A DNA stretch of 63,469 bases, counting the filler, from Saprolegnia diclina VS20 (Eukaryota): assembly GCF_000281045.1 (NCBI RefSeq). It is 5 parts of 2 records of this genome, joined end to end, with 100 filler letters (N's around TTAATTAATTAA, not from the genome) between each part and the next. Parts side by side here need not be neighbours in the genome. Positions count along the whole stretch, not along the records: positions 61,378 to 63,469 come from NW_008246076.1; 4 more parts are not named here. The stretch is one strand, 5' to 3'. A model generated the notes under the pieces. It searched no databases. It was not told the origin of the DNA and saw only the letters and a list, made by a program, of their open reading frames with translations. This document shows positions 62,608-63,469 of the stretch, in pieces. Position numbers and translations under genes: made by a program. Each line of letters starts with the position of its first letter. Position 1 is the first letter of the stretch.

Positions 62608-63469
62608 AGTGGTTCGAACCGATCGCGACCAGGTTATTGCACCGCAAGCGCATTGGACGTTTTATATTGGTGTTTGTATATCGCAGTCGGGGTGCGGCTT
62701 TTCTTGCGGAGGGACGTTAAGCTATAATTACCTTGAACGGTTGAATGTAGAGAGACATCGTGCTGGCCGGAGGATGAGACGTGAATAAATACGCACCGCA
62801 TCAGATGTGAAGCGAGCGGACAGCAGTTGGGGCCTCATTCGTCATGGTAGTTGAAAGTCGTAGTCATCCTCACGACCCAATGTATCACTGCTCCCTGAGA
62901 AAGCCGCGGTGTGCAAAGAAGTTGCAACTGTGGTCGAGTACAACAGTGCCTTTGATGGGTCAAACGCATGGAGAGTACCATTACAGTCCAAAATTTTAAA
63001 TTGTTACGTCGACTCGATACGACAGCAAACAAGGTCCCACACAAGCTTTTATACGACCTGTTAACTTCGCACTCGAAGCAGACAGGCCGTAGACAGGCCT
63101 GCCCCTGATTGGACCTTTATGCAAGGTCCCGTGTGACGAGTGCGTGAGAGCGTAATGATTACCAGAAGAGCGTTGGGTACACCTCGACACGTGGTCTACA
63201 CCAACATAGCCAGCACGTCAATACCAGCTCTTGCCGCCCAAAGCGGGTTTTCAAAAAACGAGGCCAGCGTTACGCACTAGAAATAGGCACTAAAAGACAC
63301 TGGGTCTTGTCCACACGACCGGATACCTAGTTCGACTCAGCAAAATTCGCCTCTCTGCAGCGTCCTACGTTGCAGCGTACTAGTGGATAGTGTTGCTAGT
63401 TTGTTACATATAAACACTAAAATAATCAAATCAATGTTCTGGCTGCGCATCCAACAAACGGAATTTCTT

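Overview
This is eukaryotic, GC-rich draft sequence with mostly 40-70 nt GT-AG introns and oomycete-type initiator motifs. It is almost certainly an oomycete, most likely Saprolegniales (inferred from gene content and style, not searched). It contains N gaps and four artificial TTAATTAATTAA linkers, so adjacency across those linkers is unproven. From left to right: a tandem array of four minus-strand CAMK-like kinases (two largely in gaps); epsilon-tubulin; Rieske Fe-S protein; RPS13; an Asp/Asn beta-hydroxylase-like dioxygenase; three small paralogues of unknown function; and a mirror-image block (TKL membrane kinase, VanZ-like gene, DnaJ, then inverted DnaJ and TKL membrane kinase). After the first linker: a large coiled-coil gene; NUDT22-like; a probable proteasome assembly chaperone; HEATR6-like; Acinus-like; a TRP-like channel cluster (two intact, two decayed); a K+-dependent H+-pyrophosphatase; and short contig fragments. 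The most interesting signals are the uncharacterised ~125-aa triplet ending in RRGSF, the ~9 kb mirror duplication with a heat-shock element on one arm and a bacterial-type VanZ gene on the other, the ankyrin-less TRP-like cluster with a 1 kb internal inversion, and a recurrent ATCCGGAT palindrome upstream of genes. No single complete novel system can be proven from sequence alone. Exon boundaries were read by eye and are approximate.
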